From positions 161,944,001 through 162,008,000 of the forward strand of contig NC_042999.1 in assembly GCF_006345805.1 (NCBI RefSeq): a DNA stretch of 64,000 bases, written 5' to 3'. Source of the stretch: Octopus sinensis. Its lineage: Eukaryota. Shown in pieces: positions 61,470-64,000 of the stretch. The notes under the pieces are model-generated. The model saw nothing but the letters and a program-made list of their open reading frames with translations, had not been told where the DNA came from and made no database searches. Each line of letters begins with the position of its first letter. Position 1 is the first letter of the stretch. Made by a program: the position numbers and the translations under genes.

Positions 61470-63341
61470 ATGATGACTTCAAATTCTGTACTGTCAATGA
61501 AGGACATGTTATGTCCTTTGTGTGGCTGTGTTTATGATGAGCCCCGGATGTTAGCTTGTCTACACAACTTCTGTATTAACTGTCTCATAAAGTATCACTC
61601 ACACACAACTGAAGAAAACAAGCTTGTCTGTCCTCAATGCAGGTTGGAAACAATGCTTGGAGGATCAGGCTTAGAAAGCCTGCCCATGAATACTTTTGTT
61701 AAGCGGCAGATTAAGGAATATGGTCTCCTTCATGCAGCACCAATGCACTCTGATACTGAAAATGAAAACAGAGAGCTGACAAAAATGAGCCTTTCTTCAA
61801 CTGATTCATCTTTGTCCAATGAAAAAGATGACTCCATTCAGGGCAAGGAAGAAGAGAACAAAGAGAGTCCAATGTCAGTGAGCGGCAGCGAGGTTATCGA
61901 TGACTCATACAACACCACCATTGACAGTTTGCACAATAAATATCTACAGTTGCAGACCAAAGCACTGCAGATCACTTATGCAATAGACTCAGTTAACCAA
62001 TCGGTTGAGGACTGGAAAGAAAACCGTTGTCGAGTTAAGGAAGACATTCAACGCCGTTCACAATATCTTCAAAGCTTGATTAGACTCTTGGAAAGGAAAC
62101 TGCTATCAGAGTTGGACAGTTCAACACACATGAGTGAAATAATGGATGAAGTGACAACCACAAAAGAAAAGTTACAAGACACACTGAAGTTAACCCTGCA
62201 CAACATACAGTTCATACGTCATTTAATCAATACAGGTTTACCAGACGATATCATGTGTTTGGGTAAGTCAGTGTTGAAGATGAAGCCAATCAGCTCAGAA
62301 CAAGAAATCAGCTTACGATTCCCGGAGTATAAAGTTGAATGTAGTCATTTAAAACAGGAGAGCCACCTTGAAGAGGTATTTGGGGAACTATCAAAAACCT
62401 GGAAGCAAAAAGTTATCATGTCAGTAACAAATGACAATGTGCAGGGTCTGCCTGTTGATCAGTTTCTCTCAGACAATCCAGCAGATCTTACACAGAGTAT
62501 GTATGTTGATAGAGAAAAACACACACAAGGAAGAGAGTCAACAGAAAACTCAGCTAAATTCAGTCCAAATTTATCAACAGCATTAAAGAAAAGAAACATG
62601 AATGATTCAGAAATATCTATGACTGGAAATAATCCTCAAACATTTCTAACTGATGTTGAAAAAAACATTTATCTCAAGTATGAAATGGCTAAAAAGAATG
62701 TTGAGAAACGACGTCGAGAACTTGCAGTGAAACACATGATTGAAAACAAAAGCAGATCGTATGATGAAGTGGCCCCAAATAATTTTGAATCCAGTGACAT
62801 CAAAATGCTAAAAGACCATGAAAATCTCAATTTTAACAAAAGAGAAGCACGTGAGAGTGAAATTAACTTTCCTTTGATAGATCCACTAAAGGAGAAAGAT
62901 TTTAACAATGACCAAAACGCTCGAAGATGGAGCAGTGATTCACCCCTGATGGCAGCACAGGTGACCATGGCCCGCAGCAAAGTGTCGGCAGTCCTTCGGC
63001 GTAACAACTCAGTCTCATCAAATACACATGAAAATTTGGCCGTGAGTCCTACTGCCAAAAAGAGGAGTCCAACCAAGACAGAAGAGGTGGAAGGTATTGC
63101 TCCACAGAGTAATGACAGAGCTAGATTAGAAGACAGTGGTGGTGGTGGTGTGAAAGCTTTGTGGGATAACAGAGAAAATGAGAAGGCAAGAGAGAGTGAG
63201 GTGAAGATGAAGGAGAGGAGAAGCATCTTGGATGCTGATTCTGAAAAAGTCAAGAGAATGTCTCGTGATCTGTTCCAAGAAATCAAAGAGAATGCCCGAC
63301 GAAAAAGCGAGCGATGGAGGTCTGTGTCAACATCACATTGA
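61470..63341 (+). CDS. TRIM-like RING (C3HC4) E3 ubiquitin ligase candidate: RING, acidic linker, coiled coil, long low-complexity tail (623 aa)
   Basis: Uninterrupted 1872-bp ORF in AT-rich DNA. C15-x2-C-x11-C-x-H-x2-C-x2-C-x15-C-x2-C57 with TRIM-type context (PRMLACLHNFC, CPQCR, LPMN); heptad-rich helix around aa 148-255. Confidence 0.88.
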   Translation: MMTSNSVLSMKDMLCPLCGCVYDEPRMLACLHNFCINCLIKYHSHTTEENKLVCPQCRLETMLGGSGLESLPMNTFVKRQIKEYGLLHAAPMHSDTENENRELTKMSLSSTDSSLSNEKDDSIQGKEEENKESPMSVSGSEVIDDSYNTTIDSLHNKYLQLQTKALQITYAIDSVNQSVEDWKENRCRVKEDIQRRSQYLQSLIRLLERKLLSELDSSTHMSEIMDEVTTTKEKLQDTLKLTLHNIQFIRHLINTGLPDDIMCLGKSVLKMKPISSEQEISLRFPEYKVECSHLKQESHLEEVFGELSKTWKQKVIMSVTNDNVQGLPVDQFLSDNPADLTQSMYVDREKHTQGRESTENSAKFSPNLSTALKKRNMNDSEISMTGNNPQTFLTDVEKNIYLKYEMAKKNVEKRRRELAVKHMIENKSRSYDEVAPNNFESSDIKMLKDHENLNFNKREARESEINFPLIDPLKEKDFNNDQNARRWSSDSPLMAAQVTMARSKVSAVLRRNNSVSSNTHENLAVSPTAKKRSPTKTEEVEGIAPQSNDRARLEDSGGGGVKALWDNRENEKARESEVKMKERRSILDADSEKVKRMSRDLFQEIKENARRKSERWRSVSTSH

Positions 63342-63883
63342 GAGAAGCAGATAAAGGTCACTGAGTCAACATTATATTAATATGTAAAGCTTTATGTTAT
63401 CACATTGAGCTAAAAAATCTGTGTCCGCCAACATCTTGTTGAACTACGGTGGCTTCTATTAACAGGATATCGAACAGCGGAGATCTGTTTCTGTCAAAAT
63501 CACACTGAACTGTGAAACCTTAATCCAACATCATATGTTGTGGAGGTCTCTATCAATATCACTATAGACTGTGGAGTTATTTGTCAATATTATTGTGGAT
63601 TGTAGAGTCATTTGTCTACATCATAGTGTTCTGTGAAGTTAATGTCTGTCAATAGAAACACTACTCAGTCACTGATGTTGCTTGGTAAATTCAGCTATGG
63701 ATAATTCTTTCCTACTTTACTACCATAGAGAAATAAACAAAATTACATGCATGCATACACGTGCGCACACACACACACACACATATGCATGCACACACAC
63801 ACACATGTGCACACAAACATACATGAATGCATGCACCAAGTAGCCAATGGTGTCATATAATCATATGGATAGAGAATGAGGCA

Positions 63884-63988
63884 TACTTAACCCCAAAAGG
63901 ATGAAATGCAAAGATCAACCTTGGTGGAATTTGAACTCAGAACGTAAAGACATACAAAACGCTACTAAGCAGTTCATTCAAGTGCTAG
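63884..63988 (-). mobile_element. Partial diverged SINE family B
   Basis: CCCCAAAAGGATGAAATGCAAAGATCAACC..GGAATTTGAACTCAGAACG. Confidence 0.65.
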
Positions 63989-64000
63989 CTCACATAATAC

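Noticed and set aside
62669-63361. 230-aa antisense ORF
   Set aside because: It is a shadow of the RING CDS, with no domain signal.

Overview
AT-rich, microsatellite-dense animal genomic DNA with one 100-N scaffold gap (39915-40014). The repeat families look like those of an octopus (coleoid cephalopod); this is inferred from repeat content, not from a search. There is one convincing protein-coding region: a single-exon 623-aa C3HC4 RING plus coiled-coil, TRIM-like ORF with no recognisable B-box (61470-63341, +). Almost everything else is transposon-derived: Tx1/L1, R4/Dong-type, RTE and CR1-like LINE relics; four tRNA-headed SINE families (labelled A, B, D, E here; these labels are mine); non-autonomous Helitrons; mariner, Tc1/maT-like and hAT relics; and TTAA-flanked MITEs. 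The most unusual signal is a set of short foldback (inverted-repeat) elements whose arms carry minimal type-I hammerhead-ribozyme-like motifs with self-complementary stem III, the layout known from Penelope-like elements. These include a 288-bp near-perfect palindrome with a motif on each strand and a family with an apparent C3-G8 to G3-C8 core swap. All hammerhead calls were folded by eye and are untested. Several short local templated duplications are present, and two ~0.7-kb tandem duplications may be assembly artefacts. No CRISPR, rRNA or genuine tRNA gene is supported.
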